From positions 19,356 through 83,355 of the forward strand of contig CABYGA010000001.1 in assembly GCA_902518415.1 (NCBI GenBank): a stretch of 64,000 nt of DNA, given 5' to 3'. Below, one piece after another: positions 1 to 10,654 of this stretch. The DNA comes from an uncultured Pelagibacteraceae bacterium (GTDB lineage Bacteria > Pseudomonadota > Alphaproteobacteria > Pelagibacterales > AG-422-B15). The notes below the pieces were generated by a model. That model saw only the letters and a list, made by a program, of their open reading frames with translations, was not told the origin of the DNA and made no database searches. Every line of letters begins with the position of its first letter. Positions within the stretch are counted from its first letter, which is position 1. A program made the translations under genes and the position numbers.

Positions 1-189
1 GAAAATGCTGGATATGAACTTAATAAATCCATGGGTTCAATTGAGACAGCTAAATCAAGATTGAGAGATGGAAAGGGGAGCTTGGTATCCAGAGTTAAGA
101 AAATGCTCAAATTAGGTGGCTTGAAACCAGATAAGGAAATTCCTGACTTTGAAGAAAATGAAGTTACAAAAATAAAAAAAATTAAGTAA
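1..189 (+). CDS. 3' end of an unidentified CDS entering from the left edge
   Basis: Frame 1 is open from base 1 to TAA at 187-189 (...EENEVTKIKKIK*). No motif recognised. It is absent from the ORF track because it has no in-window start. Confidence 0.3.
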   Translation, partial: ENAGYELNKSMGSIETAKSRLRDGKGSLVSRVKKMLKLGGLKPDKEIPDFEENEVTKIKKIK

Positions 190-227
190 ATTCAATAGTT
201 TAATAACGTTTTTAGCGGTCTTTAACC

Positions 228-256
228 TTGACTTTAGGCCTCTCCGTACTTACATT
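228..256 (+). promoter_or_regulatory. candidate sigma70-type promoter of trxA
   Basis: TTGACT (228-233), a 17-nt spacer, then TACATT (251-256), about 27 nt upstream of the trxA ATG. Pattern match only. Confidence 0.3.
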
Positions 257-282
257 ACAACCAACTTAAGAAAGGAATCACT

Positions 283-606
283 ATGGCTACGAAAAATATT
301 ACAGACGCAACTTTTGAGGATGAAGTTTTAAAATCTGATAAACCTGTTGTACTCGATTTTTGGGCGCCTTGGTGCGGTCCTTGTAAAATGATTGGTCCAT
401 CATTAGAAGAAATCTCAGATGAAATGGCTGATAAGATTACTGTTGCTAAAGTTAACATTGATGAGAATCCAGAAACGCCAACTAAATATGGTGTAAGAGG
501 AATCCCAACAATGCTTGTATTTAAAAATGGTGAAGCTGCAGCAACTAAAGTTGGAGCTGTATCAAAGACAGCTATTGTTGAATGGATTGAAGATTCAATC
601 GCTTAA
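283..606 (+). CDS. trxA: thioredoxin
   Basis: 107 aa with the canonical WCGPC active site (DFWAPWCGPCKMI) and thioredoxin length. Confidence 0.95.
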   Translation: MATKNITDATFEDEVLKSDKPVVLDFWAPWCGPCKMIGPSLEEISDEMADKITVAKVNIDENPETPTKYGVRGIPTMLVFKNGEAAATKVGAVSKTAIVEWIEDSIA

Positions 607-1889
607 TTAACTTCTAAAACTTTTCCGGCAAGATAGAGAGAACCGCAAATTAATATGCGCGCATTCTCATTCGCTTCATTAATACTTTTTACTGCTTCAG
701 AAATTGAACTTGAAGTTGCAACTTTGGCACATTGATCTTCTAGTTTATTTTTGAGTTCATCTGCTGGGATCGCATTTTCCTCACTCGGAATCGTTATTGT
801 TGTAATTGAAAAGCAATTGCTAAATTGTCTGATATAGGCAGCAGGATCTTTTGTATTAATCATTCCAATAATGATGCATAACTTTTTTTCTGGTAAATTC
901 TTGAGTGTCTTATTCAAATTAAATGCAGCATCAACATTATGTGATCCATCTAAGTAAAGTTCATTTGATGGTTTCATTTTTGAACATAAATTACCATTTT
1001 CTATTTTTTGCATTCGGCCTGGGAAATAAATAGATTTATGTCTTTGGTCTTTTAAGAATTCTCTTACTTCTATGTTTGGTAACTGAGATATTGCAGCAAT
1101 TGCAAGCCCAATATTTTTCTTTTGAAATTCATTTTGGTCATCGAAATTAGAAAATTCTATTGTACTTGTACTGTCTTCATAAATGAGGGAGCCATTTTGT
1201 TCTGCTATGTTCCAGTGTATTCCATGTACAAAAACAGGAGCCCCATTATGCTCCGCTTGATTTATCAACATCTCTTTTGCTTCTGTATAGGGTTGATACC
1301 CAATAATTGTTGGAGTCTTAGGTTTAATAATACCAGATTTTTCAAATGCAATTTTCTCAATACTACTTCCAAGAAAATCTTGGTGATCATAGGATATTGA
1401 GGAAATTATTGAGATTAATGGGTCTATTACATTACTGCTATCAAGTCTTCCGCCAAGCCCTACCTCTAGCAGAGTATAGTCAGTGTGCGATCTTGATGCC
1501 GCCTCAAAAAATGCTCCAGAAGTACTTTCAAAAAATGTTATTTCTGAACCTTCATTTATGTTTTTAATTTTGTTTAAAAGATTAAATAAGTCATCATTTG
1601 TTATTTGTTTATCATTTAATTGAAAACGTTCATTAAATCTGACCAGATGAGGAGATATGTAGGCATTGGTAGACTTATTATTGTATCTGAGTATTTCTTG
1701 GATAAATCTTAGTGTAGAATATTTTCCATTAGTACCTGCTATATGCAATATATTGTTAATTTTGTTTTGTGGATTTCCTAACTTATTTAAAAGTATTTTA
1801 ATTCGATCTAAAGAAAGATCGATTTTCTTAGGGTGTAGTTTTAATAATTCTTCTAAAAGATTATCGATTTGAACATTAGAGATACTCAA
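603..1889 (-). CDS. folC: bifunctional folylpolyglutamate synthase / dihydrofolate synthase
   Basis: 428 aa with a Mur-ligase/FolC P-loop (HIAGTNGKYST). It sits in the conserved accD-folC arrangement. Confidence 0.88.
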   Translation of the reverse strand: MSISNVQIDNLLEELLKLHPKKIDLSLDRIKILLNKLGNPQNKINNILHIAGTNGKYSTLRFIQEILRYNNKSTNAYISPHLVRFNERFQLNDKQITNDDLFNLLNKIKNINEGSEITFFESTSGAFFEAASRSHTDYTLLEVGLGGRLDSSNVIDPLISIISSISYDHQDFLGSSIEKIAFEKSGIIKPKTPTIIGYQPYTEAKEMLINQAEHNGAPVFVHGIHWNIAEQNGSLIYEDSTSTIEFSNFDDQNEFQKKNIGLAIAAISQLPNIEVREFLKDQRHKSIYFPGRMQKIENGNLCSKMKPSNELYLDGSHNVDAAFNLNKTLKNLPEKKLCIIIGMINTKDPAAYIRQFSNCFSITTITIPSEENAIPADELKNKLEDQCAKVATSSSISEAVKSINEANENARILICGSLYLAGKVLEVN

Positions 1890-2744
1890 TTAAGCAACTC
1901 GTTTTAATAACAGTGAAATAATTTGAGATAATTTATTTTTTAAATCTTTTCTATGTACTACTTGATCTATAAATCCATGATCAAGCAAATATTCAGATCG
2001 CTGGAAACCATCAGGAAGAGTTTCGCCAACAGTATTAGATATAACTCTAGGTCCAGCAAAACAAATTAGTGCATTCGGTTCAGCTAATGTAACAGATCCA
2101 AGGGATCCAAATGAAGCAGTTACCCCGCCACTTGTTGGGTTAGTATTCACTACGATGTAAGGTAATTTAGCGTCCTTAACCATTTGACAAGCAATGGTTG
2201 TTTTTGGAAGTGACTGAAGTGAGTGCTGATTTTCATCCATTCTTGCTCCGCCTGAGCAGGTAAAAACAATTAATGGTGTATGATTTGTCACTGATTGCTC
2301 TGCAGCTTTTATCATGGCTTCTGCTGCGGAAGCCCCAACGGAGCCCCCCATGAAATGAAAATTCTGAGCAGCAATTGTTACATTCATATTATCTATCTTA
2401 CCAAAACCGATCAAAAAGCAATCGTCCATATCTGTTTTAGAGCGAGCCTCATTGAACCTTTCTTTGTAAGTCTTTAGGGCCTTGAAATTTAATGGGTCAC
2501 TAAAACCTGAGGGATATTTTATTTCTTCAAAAACTCCGCCATCAAAGAGACCTTTAAACCTAGCACGGGGATGGATTTGCAAATGCTCGTCGCAATTGGG
2601 ACATACAAATAATGTTGATTCTAGATCACTTGAATAGAGCATAGTTTGGCACTGAGGACATTTAATCCAGGAATTTTCAGCGATATCTAAACTTTTTTTC
2701 TTACGTGGGAAAACTTTTGATATTGTTCTTGTAAGCCAATTCAT
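1890..2744 (-). CDS. accD: acetyl-CoA carboxylase carboxyltransferase beta subunit
   Basis: N-terminal Zn ribbon (CPQC...CPNC) followed by a carboxyltransferase domain (MGGSVGASAAE, CSGGARMDE). Confidence 0.93.
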   Translation of the reverse strand: MNWLTRTISKVFPRKKKSLDIAENSWIKCPQCQTMLYSSDLESTLFVCPNCDEHLQIHPRARFKGLFDGGVFEEIKYPSGFSDPLNFKALKTYKERFNEARSKTDMDDCFLIGFGKIDNMNVTIAAQNFHFMGGSVGASAAEAMIKAAEQSVTNHTPLIVFTCSGGARMDENQHSLQSLPKTTIACQMVKDAKLPYIVVNTNPTSGGVTASFGSLGSVTLAEPNALICFAGPRVISNTVGETLPDGFQRSEYLLDHGFIDQVVHRKDLKNKLSQIISLLLKRVA

Positions 2745-3535
2745 GATTTTAATTTATTTGTAAGTTTTTTAACCATTGCACCAATATTGGTAGCTGGATT
2801 CTGTCCCTCACTCACTGACTTAGATATTTCCCTGCAAAGAGCGGATCCTACTACACAAGCGTCAGTGTCTTTAAACTCTCCAATTGTTTCTTCAGTGATC
2901 CCAAATCCAATAATACATTTCTTCTCAGGTGCTATTGTCTTAATTAAATTAAACCTGTCCTTGATTTCACGTGGACTCACTTTTAATTTTTGTCCAGTGG
3001 TTGATAACATAGAAATATAATAAACAACATCATGAGCATCGTTCAAAATTAATTTTAACCTCTTCTCATTTGTTGTGGGACAAAGTAGTTGAATGAAATC
3101 TATATTATTGTTTTTACATTTAGCTGCAAAATTAAGGTTAAGAGGCCATGGCCAATCCACACAAATAATTCCTGCCACCTTGCTCTCTACACACTTGCTT
3201 AAAAAACTATCTTCACCGTATGACATTATTTTATTTTGATAGGTCATTATGATTACATTCGTATCAAATTCATTTCTTAATGTTTTAATTATATCAAATA
3301 CATCGTCTGTTTTTATACCGTTAGAAAGTGCTCTGTATGTACCATCTTGAATTGCACCTCCATCACCAATGTTTGCACCATGGCCCAGTCCACATTCAAT
3401 AACATCAGCTCCTGATCGGGCTATTTCCCTGAAAATTTCAAGAGAAGTTTCTTTGTTTGGATCTCCGCCAACTGTATAGGTCAAGAAAGCTACATTATTT
3501 TGATTAAAAGCATTTAATAACGGTGAGCTGGTCAT
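2741..3535 (-). CDS. trpA: tryptophan synthase alpha chain
   Basis: 264 aa TIM-barrel-sized protein. It overlaps trpB by 4 nt in the trpF-trpB-trpA order. Similarity to TrpA is recognisable but divergent. Confidence 0.85.
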   Translation of the reverse strand: MTSSPLLNAFNQNNVAFLTYTVGGDPNKETSLEIFREIARSGADVIECGLGHGANIGDGGAIQDGTYRALSNGIKTDDVFDIIKTLRNEFDTNVIIMTYQNKIMSYGEDSFLSKCVESKVAGIICVDWPWPLNLNFAAKCKNNNIDFIQLLCPTTNEKRLKLILNDAHDVVYYISMLSTTGQKLKVSPREIKDRFNLIKTIAPEKKCIIGFGITEETIGEFKDTDACVVGSALCREISKSVSEGQNPATNIGAMVKKLTNKLKS

Positions 3536-4764
3536 ATCTTATATCCTAAACGTTCAGCTATTATTCTAGAATCTTTTGCGGAGTCTCCGCACGAGTCGAC
3601 TACAATGACTGTGTCCTTATTTAAAGATGGAGCAATTTTTATTGCTTCAGCAAAGGCATGAGAAGGTTCTAGAGAGGGACTTACAAAACCTTCCATTCTA
3701 CTTACCAATTGAAAAGCACTAATCGCTTCCTCATCAGTTGCAGAAGTATATCTTGCTCTACCAGACTCTTTAAGAAAACAGTGCAGCGGTGAAACACCTG
3801 GATAGTCTAATCCTGCGCTAATAGACGCTGTTTCTTCAATCTCTCCTTGATTATCTTGAATTACATATTGTGTTGCTCCGTGAAGAACGCCTAAAGGAGA
3901 ATTATTAGTAAGAGGGGCTGCATGCATTGAGGACCCTTCAGGCCCACCAGCTTCTACTCCAATTAATTCAACATTATCATGATCTATCCATTCATTCCAA
4001 AACCCAGCTGCAGAGGATCCTCCTCCAACACAATTAATCAGTTTCATGTCTTTAGGGATCTCTCCAAACTCATCAATCACCTGTTTTTTCATTTCTCGAG
4101 AGATTTGCGCAGTAGACCATGCACATATTTTTACGAATATTGTTGGTCCAACCGTGCTGCCTACACACATATGCGCTTGCTCGTTTTCACTAGTCCACCA
4201 TCTCATACATTCAGAAACAGCATCCACAAGTGTTTGAGATCCTGAGTCAACAGGAATAACTTCTGCTCCATAACTTCTCATTGAAAATACGTTAATGGAT
4301 TGTCGCTCGATATCTTTAGAGCCCATAAATATTTTACATTTCAAATTAAATTTGGCAGCAGCCATACTCAACATTTTCCCTGCATAACCCGCACCTGTAT
4401 CTCCTCCGATATAAGTTTTTCCTAATCTCTTACAAATAAGACTATGAACTACTGCATTATATGCTTTATGCGCACCACCAGTAGCTTTTGAAACAAGCTT
4501 GCAATAAATTTGTGCACCTCCAAGGTGCTCAGTAAGATTTTCTAGTTTTATAAAAGGAGTTGGAGCTCCTATAAAGTTTTTAAAATAAAAATCTCTCTCT
4601 GCAATGAAGGTTTTATCAGTTCTTAGTTTTTCAAACTCTTTAGTTAATTCTTCAATTGGATGATTTAAACTTTCTGCAATCTGATTTCCTCCAAACTTTC
4701 CTCCCCAATAACCGTTTTCATCATGCTGATCAATAAGTGGAATACCCTTTTGTAATTCGATCAT
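3532..4764 (-). CDS. trpB: tryptophan synthase beta chain
   Basis: PLP-enzyme motifs TGGAHKAYN (Lys-PLP region) and VGGGSSAAG; 410 aa. Confidence 0.93.
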   Translation of the reverse strand: MIELQKGIPLIDQHDENGYWGGKFGGNQIAESLNHPIEELTKEFEKLRTDKTFIAERDFYFKNFIGAPTPFIKLENLTEHLGGAQIYCKLVSKATGGAHKAYNAVVHSLICKRLGKTYIGGDTGAGYAGKMLSMAAAKFNLKCKIFMGSKDIERQSINVFSMRSYGAEVIPVDSGSQTLVDAVSECMRWWTSENEQAHMCVGSTVGPTIFVKICAWSTAQISREMKKQVIDEFGEIPKDMKLINCVGGGSSAAGFWNEWIDHDNVELIGVEAGGPEGSSMHAAPLTNNSPLGVLHGATQYVIQDNQGEIEETASISAGLDYPGVSPLHCFLKESGRARYTSATDEEAISAFQLVSRMEGFVSPSLEPSHAFAEAIKIAPSLNKDTVIVVDSCGDSAKDSRIIAERLGYKI

Positions 4765-5399
4765 ATAATATTTTTTGCTTTATTAATAAACTCAGTAATT
4801 AATTGTTTATCTTTTATACCCTCTGAATCCTCAACACCAGAACTAACATCAAAATAACTAGTCTTTTTAAGGTTTATAGCTGAGATTATATTGTCTTTAT
4901 TAAGCCCTCCTGACAGAAAAAAGTTCTTAGTTGTCGATAAGTTCTCAATTATCTTCCAATCAAATTTATTTCCAGTTCCTCCTTGAATATTCGCTTGAGG
5001 AGGTGAATCAAGTAAGAAATATTCTACAAATGGCTCGTATTTAACTAATTCATTTATGTCTTTTGAGGAAGAAATTCCAAAGGCTTTAATGATCTTAAAA
5101 TTGTACTTTAATTTTATTCTTTCCACCATTTCATAAGTTTCTTGGCCGTGCAACTGAATATATTGAAATCCAATTCTCAATAAATCATCTAATAACTTAT
5201 CATCAGGATTAACTGTGACAGCTACAGGTATGGTTAAATCTTTTATTACAGATAAAATTTTCTCACAATTCTCAATAGCAATGTTTCTATGGGATTTTTG
5301 ATAAAAAATAAATCCTATAAAGCTTGCACCAGAATTAATTGCGTGTTCTGCAATTTCTTGATTTTTTACACCACAAATTTTAATTTGGAGATCACTCAC
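4761..5399 (-). CDS. trpF: phosphoribosylanthranilate isomerase
   Basis: 212 aa with N-terminus IKICGVKNQE typical of PRAI. Coupled to trpB by a 4-nt overlap. Confidence 0.85.
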   Translation of the reverse strand: MSDLQIKICGVKNQEIAEHAINSGASFIGFIFYQKSHRNIAIENCEKILSVIKDLTIPVAVTVNPDDKLLDDLLRIGFQYIQLHGQETYEMVERIKLKYNFKIIKAFGISSSKDINELVKYEPFVEYFLLDSPPQANIQGGTGNKFDWKIIENLSTTKNFFLSGGLNKDNIISAINLKKTSYFDVSSGVEDSEGIKDKQLITEFINKAKNII

Positions 5400-6088
5400 A
5401 TTATTTCTGAATAAATATTTTCAGCTGCTTTAGCAGGATCTTTGGAGCCTGTTATTGGCCTGCCTATAACTAAGACATCGGCCCCAGCATCAATAGCTTC
5501 CTTTGCTGAAAGTATTCTTTTTTGGTCATTTGATGCATTCTCTTTACTTCTAATTCCTGGAGAAATTATCTGTAGTTTGTTTCCATAATTATTTTTTACC
5601 TCAGAAATTTCTAAAGGACTACAAACAATTCCATCCATTTCACAGTTGACTGCAAGTTGAGTTAGCTGCTTAACATTCCCTCTAACTGTTTTTTCAATAC
5701 CAATTTCTGATATGCTTGCATCATTAAAACTCGTCAGCATGGTTACTCCAATCAATTTAGTTCTGCTATTAAGTTCGTTTTTTGTCTCTACACATTCAAT
5801 AAGCATTTCTGAACCTCCTGAAAGATGCAAAGTGGTGTACAGTGGATCAAATGCTAATATATTATGCAGAGCTTGTTTAGCGGTGTTAGGTATATCGTAA
5901 AGCTTTAAGTCAACAAAAAGTGGAAGTTCATACTTTTTTATTTTCTCAAGCCCAAAAAAACCACAAGATGTAAAAAATTCTAAACCTAATTTTATACCAC
6001 CTATATGAGGATAAATTTGGTCAACTAATGCTACCGCTTTATCAATATCACTTGTATCGATAGCACAAAAAATAGGATTATTAGTCAA
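5396..6088 (-). CDS. pyrF: orotidine-5'-phosphate decarboxylase
   Basis: 230 aa with the active-site block DLKLYDIPNT. Confidence 0.9.
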   Translation of the reverse strand: MTNNPIFCAIDTSDIDKAVALVDQIYPHIGGIKLGLEFFTSCGFFGLEKIKKYELPLFVDLKLYDIPNTAKQALHNILAFDPLYTTLHLSGGSEMLIECVETKNELNSRTKLIGVTMLTSFNDASISEIGIEKTVRGNVKQLTQLAVNCEMDGIVCSPLEISEVKNNYGNKLQIISPGIRSKENASNDQKRILSAKEAIDAGADVLVIGRPITGSKDPAKAAENIYSEIM

Positions 6089-6102
6089 AACAAAATTATA
6101 GG

Positions 6103-6420
6103 TTAATCGCCATCTACTTGAACAGAAGTACTGTTTTTTGAATTTAATTTTAGCCTTAATTCTTTTCCTGTCTTAAATCTTGGAATAAACTTTTCCTCAA
6201 CTTGAACTGCTTCACCAGTCCTTGGATTTCTCCCTGTTCTCTCTTTTCTGTGTTGAACTGAGAATGCACCGAATCCTCTCAACTCTACTCTCTTTCCCTC
6301 TGCTAAGGACTGAGTAATTTCATTAAAAATTGTATTAACAATTCTTTCTACATCTCTAATAAAAAGGTGAGGATTAGATTCAGTGATATTTTGAATAAGT
6401 TTTGATTTTATCAAGCTCAT
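6103..6420 (-). CDS. ihfB: integration host factor beta subunit (HU/IHF family)
   Basis: 105 aa with [42 protein letters not shown], matching the IHF-beta arm region. The ihfB-rpsA-cmk neighbourhood is conserved. Confidence 0.82.
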   Translation of the reverse strand: MSLIKSKLIQNITESNPHLFIRDVERIVNTIFNEITQSLAEGKRVELRGFGAFSVQHRKERTGRNPRTGEAVQVEEKFIPRFKTGKELRLKLNSKNSTSVQVDGD

Positions 6421-6474
6421 ATAATAATTATATGTTATTGAGTATTAATGTAAATGGTTGAATGTAAAGAATAT

Positions 6475-8172
6475 TTAGTCTTCTTTTTTATCTCTGCCTA
6501 AAGCCTTGCCTAAAATGGCACCTAATGAAGCCCCTGAGTCTTTCGAGCCATACTTTTCCATTGCTTCACGTTCAGTAGTTTCTTCCATAGCACGCACCGA
6601 TAAACTTATTTTATAACTTGAGTGATCGATATTTGTAATTGATGCATCGAGCTTATCATTTTTTGCCCACCTGTCAGGTCGGGCATCAGATTTTCTAAGA
6701 GCCAACTCATTTCTTTTTATAACAGTTAATGGGCCATTTTCCCCAACACGAACCTTTAAGCCAAAATCGCCGGTTTCAACAACATTACAAGTTACAATAT
6801 CACCTAGTTTCTTACCTTGTAGTTCATCAAATGGATTGCCATCAACCTCTCTAATAGAGAGAGAAACTTTGTCATTTTCATTTGTAATAATTTTAGCCTT
6901 AATACTGTCGCCCACTTTATACTTTTTTATCTCCTCTTTAGGATCTGAATCCCAAGAAAGATCTTTGCTAAATATTGCTCCATCTATCTCACCCTCAAGG
7001 TTACAGAAGAGAATACCATCCTTAATATTCGTTATATTTGTCTCCATTATGCTTCCAATTGGGTTATCTTCGTTAAATTTTTTCCATGGATTAGTTGTTA
7101 ACTGCTTAATTCCAAGACTTAATCGTCTTTTTTCATGATCTATTTCCAGTATCTGACATTCTACAGCTTGGGATCTAGCATAAAGGTTTCCGGGTTTAGA
7201 ATTCTGTCTTTGACTCCATGTCAGCATATCCTTATGACACAGACCTTCAACTCCATTTTCAATCTCAATGAAAATACCGTAATCAGTTACGTTAGTTACT
7301 ACACCTTTAACTTTATCATCAACATTAAATTTTTCTTTAACTTGAAGCCAAGGATCATCTTCAAGTTGTTTCATGCCAACCGAAACACGATTTTTATCTG
7401 GATCAACTTTTATAATCTTTACTTTTACTTGTTGATCTATTTTAAGAACTTCAGAGGGATGACCGATCCTTTTATATGTTATATCACTACTATGAAGCAA
7501 AGAATCATATCCACCTAAATCAACAAAAGCTCCGTAATCAGTAATGGCCTTTATTTTGCCCTCGACTACATCTTCAAGTTTTAGTTGTAAGAATCTTTCT
7601 TCTCTTACTTCTTTATGCATTTCTTCTAAAACAGCTCTTCGGCTTACAACAATGTTATTTCTTTTTAGATCCATTTTTAAGATTTTGAATTTTTGTGGAA
7701 CATCAATTAAATGACTAATATCTCTTACTGGCCTTGTATCAATTTGACTGCCAGGTAAAAATGCTGTAACGCCAATTTCGCATGACAATCCACCTTTTAC
7801 TTTCCCTGTGATAACACCCTCAACTAGCTCGCCTGCCTCAAAAGACTTTTCAATTTCAGCCCAAATTTCTTTTGATTTAGCTTTAGAACGAGAAAGAATA
7901 CAATCGCCGTTATGATTTTCTATTTTATCTAAATAGACGTCAATTTCATCACCAACTTCAAGATCTTTTTGATCTTTTCGAAATGCAAACTCTCTTTTAG
8001 AAATTCTACCCTCTACTTTTGCGCCGATATCAACTATTACAACCTCATCTTCAATTTCTGCTATTGTACCTTTAATTATAGTACCTTCTTTTAGTTTTGA
8101 ATTATTAATTGATTCAGCAAGTATCGAGTCGAACTCTGTTAATGTATCGTTGTTAATAGACTCTTGATTCAT
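6475..8172 (-). CDS. rpsA: 30S ribosomal protein S1
   Basis: 565 aa made of repeated S1 OB-fold domains (recurrent G.V..I...G.FV.. pattern). Lies in the cmk-rpsA context. Confidence 0.93.
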   Translation of the reverse strand: MNQESINNDTLTEFDSILAESINNSKLKEGTIIKGTIAEIEDEVVIVDIGAKVEGRISKREFAFRKDQKDLEVGDEIDVYLDKIENHNGDCILSRSKAKSKEIWAEIEKSFEAGELVEGVITGKVKGGLSCEIGVTAFLPGSQIDTRPVRDISHLIDVPQKFKILKMDLKRNNIVVSRRAVLEEMHKEVREERFLQLKLEDVVEGKIKAITDYGAFVDLGGYDSLLHSSDITYKRIGHPSEVLKIDQQVKVKIIKVDPDKNRVSVGMKQLEDDPWLQVKEKFNVDDKVKGVVTNVTDYGIFIEIENGVEGLCHKDMLTWSQRQNSKPGNLYARSQAVECQILEIDHEKRRLSLGIKQLTTNPWKKFNEDNPIGSIMETNITNIKDGILFCNLEGEIDGAIFSKDLSWDSDPKEEIKKYKVGDSIKAKIITNENDKVSLSIREVDGNPFDELQGKKLGDIVTCNVVETGDFGLKVRVGENGPLTVIKRNELALRKSDARPDRWAKNDKLDASITNIDHSSYKISLSVRAMEETTEREAMEKYGSKDSGASLGAILGKALGRDKKED

Positions 8173-8177
8173 AAATT

Positions 8178-8813
8178 TTAGACTTCTAAAATAATCTTTT
8201 TTAGTGCATTAAAAGCCTGTTCTATATCAATATAACTGGTATCTAGCAACACTGAATTTGACGCTGGCATTAAGGGGGCTATTTTTCTTGTTAAATCGTT
8301 TTTATCTCGAGCATTAATTTCACTTAAAATCGTTTTATACCTTGCTTTTTTACCATTTTTTACGATTTGTTCGTATCTTCTTTTAGCTCTTATCTTGGCG
8401 TCTGCCCACAAAAATATTTTGTAATCTGCATTAGGAAAAATGACTGTTGCAATATCTCTTCCTTCAATAATAGAAAATTTACTTCGATTACAGTAATTTT
8501 TTGGAAATTCTCTTTGGAACTTGATAAGCTTGTTTCTAAGTTCTTTCTTTGCTGAAATTAGTGAAGATAGTGTATCAACTTCACTTGAATAAAGATTCCC
8601 TGATTCTAAATTGTTCAATTCTAGAGAAGAAACACATTTTAAAATATCTTTAATATTATTTGGATCAACTTTTTTTTTGATTATTTCAAAAGCAATTGCT
8701 CTATATAATCTGCCGCTGAATAAAATTGGTGAATTATACTTTTTTGATAATTTTTTTGCTAGTGTTGACTTTCCTACTGAGGCAGGACCATCTATGGCAA
8801 TAATTTTTACCAT
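8178..8813 (-). CDS. cmk: cytidylate kinase
   Basis: 211 aa with P-loop IAIDGPASVGKST. Confidence 0.9.
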   Translation of the reverse strand: MVKIIAIDGPASVGKSTLAKKLSKKYNSPILFSGRLYRAIAFEIIKKKVDPNNIKDILKCVSSLELNNLESGNLYSSEVDTLSSLISAKKELRNKLIKFQREFPKNYCNRSKFSIIEGRDIATVIFPNADYKIFLWADAKIRAKRRYEQIVKNGKKARYKTILSEINARDKNDLTRKIAPLMPASNSVLLDTSYIDIEQAFNALKKIILEV

Positions 8814-10105
8814 TAATTATACTCAGCTAACTCGTTAAGATGATTTTTGAAATTTGGATAGCTTATTGATATACACGACTCATTATCAATAACTAGTTTA
8901 TTGTCATATAGTAAACTTAAGATTGCAAATGACATTGCTATTCGATGGTCACCGTATGTCTTGATTCTTTTTTCTTTAGTGATTTTTATTTTTTTTGATC
9001 CCTCAATATATATATTATCGCTTTTGCAAGTCACTTTAAATCCAACTTTCGAAAGATTGCTAGTTATACTTTTTATTCTATCACTTTCTTTGTGTCTAAG
9101 CTCTGACAACCCTCTCATAATTGTCAAACCCTTTGCTTGAGATGCTGCAATAGAGAGTATTGGATATTCATCTATCAAATAAGGAGATAAAGATGATTTA
9201 ATTTTAACTCCCTTAAGTATACTATGCGACACCTTAATCTCACCCACATCTTCACCTGCCGTAGTTTTAGTTTTTTTTATTTTAATTTTACCACCCATGT
9301 TCTTAAGAACTTCGATAAAAGCAATTCTAGTTTTATTTAGAGCTATATTCTTAAGAATGATTTCAGATTTTGGAATGATTAGAGCACCTACTATAAAAAA
9401 AGCTGCACTAGAAGGATCACTTGCTATAGAAATATTTTTTGGTTTTATTTCATAAGGACCATTAAGTTCAATTGATGTTGAATTTTTATTTAGAATCTTT
9501 TTCTTATATTTTATTTTTAGATAACTCATTAGCCTTTCTGTATGGTCACGTGTATTTCTTCTTTCAATTACTGTAGTCTTACCCCTTAAATTTAGAGCTG
9601 AAAGTAATAAGGCAGATTTTACTTGTGCCGAAGCTTTTTGCATGACATGTTTCATAGGAACTAAATTTACATCTCCATCAATATGTAGTGGCAAAAAGTC
9701 TTTGTTAGTAAGTACAATTTCTGCACCCATTTTTTCTAAGAATATTGATAGCCTCGACATTGAACGATTACTCAATGAATGATCGCCAATAAAGGTACAT
9801 CTTATTGGATTTGAAGATACTGCTCCCATCATTAAACGAGAAGTTGTCCCACTATTACCGCAGTCAAGAGCATGAGAGGGTTGTATGTAACCTCCAGTTC
9901 CATTACCTTTTACAATCCAATTATTTTGTTTTTTATAAATTTTAATACCTAACTCTCTGAGAATATTAAGTGTTCGCATAACATCATCTGACTCTAGTAA
10001 ATTTGATATTTTTACCTGTCCTGTGCATAGGGACGCAAAAATTAGAGCTCTGTGTGAAATAGACTTATCTCCAGATATTTTGATGGAACCTTTTAATTTA
10101 AGCAC
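8813..10105 (-). CDS. aroA: 3-phosphoshikimate 1-carboxyvinyltransferase (EPSP synthase)
   Basis: 430 aa with N-terminal SGDKSISHRALIFA and the EPSP-synthase two-domain length. Overlaps cmk by 1 nt. Confidence 0.92.
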   Translation of the reverse strand: MLKLKGSIKISGDKSISHRALIFASLCTGQVKISNLLESDDVMRTLNILRELGIKIYKKQNNWIVKGNGTGGYIQPSHALDCGNSGTTSRLMMGAVSSNPIRCTFIGDHSLSNRSMSRLSIFLEKMGAEIVLTNKDFLPLHIDGDVNLVPMKHVMQKASAQVKSALLLSALNLRGKTTVIERRNTRDHTERLMSYLKIKYKKKILNKNSTSIELNGPYEIKPKNISIASDPSSAAFFIVGALIIPKSEIILKNIALNKTRIAFIEVLKNMGGKIKIKKTKTTAGEDVGEIKVSHSILKGVKIKSSLSPYLIDEYPILSIAASQAKGLTIMRGLSELRHKESDRIKSITSNLSKVGFKVTCKSDNIYIEGSKKIKITKEKRIKTYGDHRIAMSFAILSLLYDNKLVIDNESCISISYPNFKNHLNELAEYN

Positions 10106-10206
10106 TTTTTATATTGTCAATTTAATAAGTTAGGGTATTGTTGAATATTACTGTATTTTATTTAAATTGCCAAAATTTTAACCATTAAATTAATTAGAGA
10201 TCAAAT

Positions 10207-10575
10207 ATGCCAAAACCAGAGTTTGGAAAAAAAGTAATTTGTAATAACTGTGAAGCAAAATTTTATGATCTTAATCGAAAGCCCGCTATCTGCCCACATT
10301 GTGGCACCGAATATGTAGAGCCAACTAATGAAGTCCTAACAACATCTGCCAAACAAGTATTTGTAGATCAAGTAGATATAGTTACTGATGATAATCTAGT
10401 TGGAAGTGATGCTACTGAGTCAATCGCTGAAGATGCTGAAATTGAACTTGAAGAGCAAATAGATGACGACACTATTAGTCTTGAAGACTCTGAAGCAGAA
10501 GACGGAGAAATTTCCAGTGATGTTGATATAGAATTAGACGGCAGTGAATCTACAGAAGACATTGATAGGGAATAA
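10207..10575 (+). CDS. FYDLN_acid (TIGR02300-type) zinc-ribbon protein with acidic tail
   Basis: CNNCEAKFYDLNRKPAICPHCG zinc ribbon with the FYDLN motif, followed by a long D/E-rich C-terminus. Confidence 0.7.
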   Translation: MPKPEFGKKVICNNCEAKFYDLNRKPAICPHCGTEYVEPTNEVLTTSAKQVFVDQVDIVTDDNLVGSDATESIAEDAEIELEEQIDDDTISLEDSEAEDGEISSDVDIELDGSESTEDIDRE

Positions 10576-10578
10576 TTG

Positions 10579-10654
10579 GGGGCTGTAGCTCAGCTGGGAG
10601 AGCATCAGCATGGCATGTTGAGGGTCACCGGTTCGATCCCGGTCAGCTCCACCA
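10579..10654 (+). tRNA. tRNA-Ala (anticodon GGC)
   Basis: Hand-folded 76-nt cloverleaf. Acceptor is GGGGCTG/CAGCTCC with the G3:U70 Ala identity pair. Anticodon stem is TCAGC/GTTGA with loop AT-GGC-AT. T-loop is GGTTCGATCC. CCA is encoded. Confidence 0.9.
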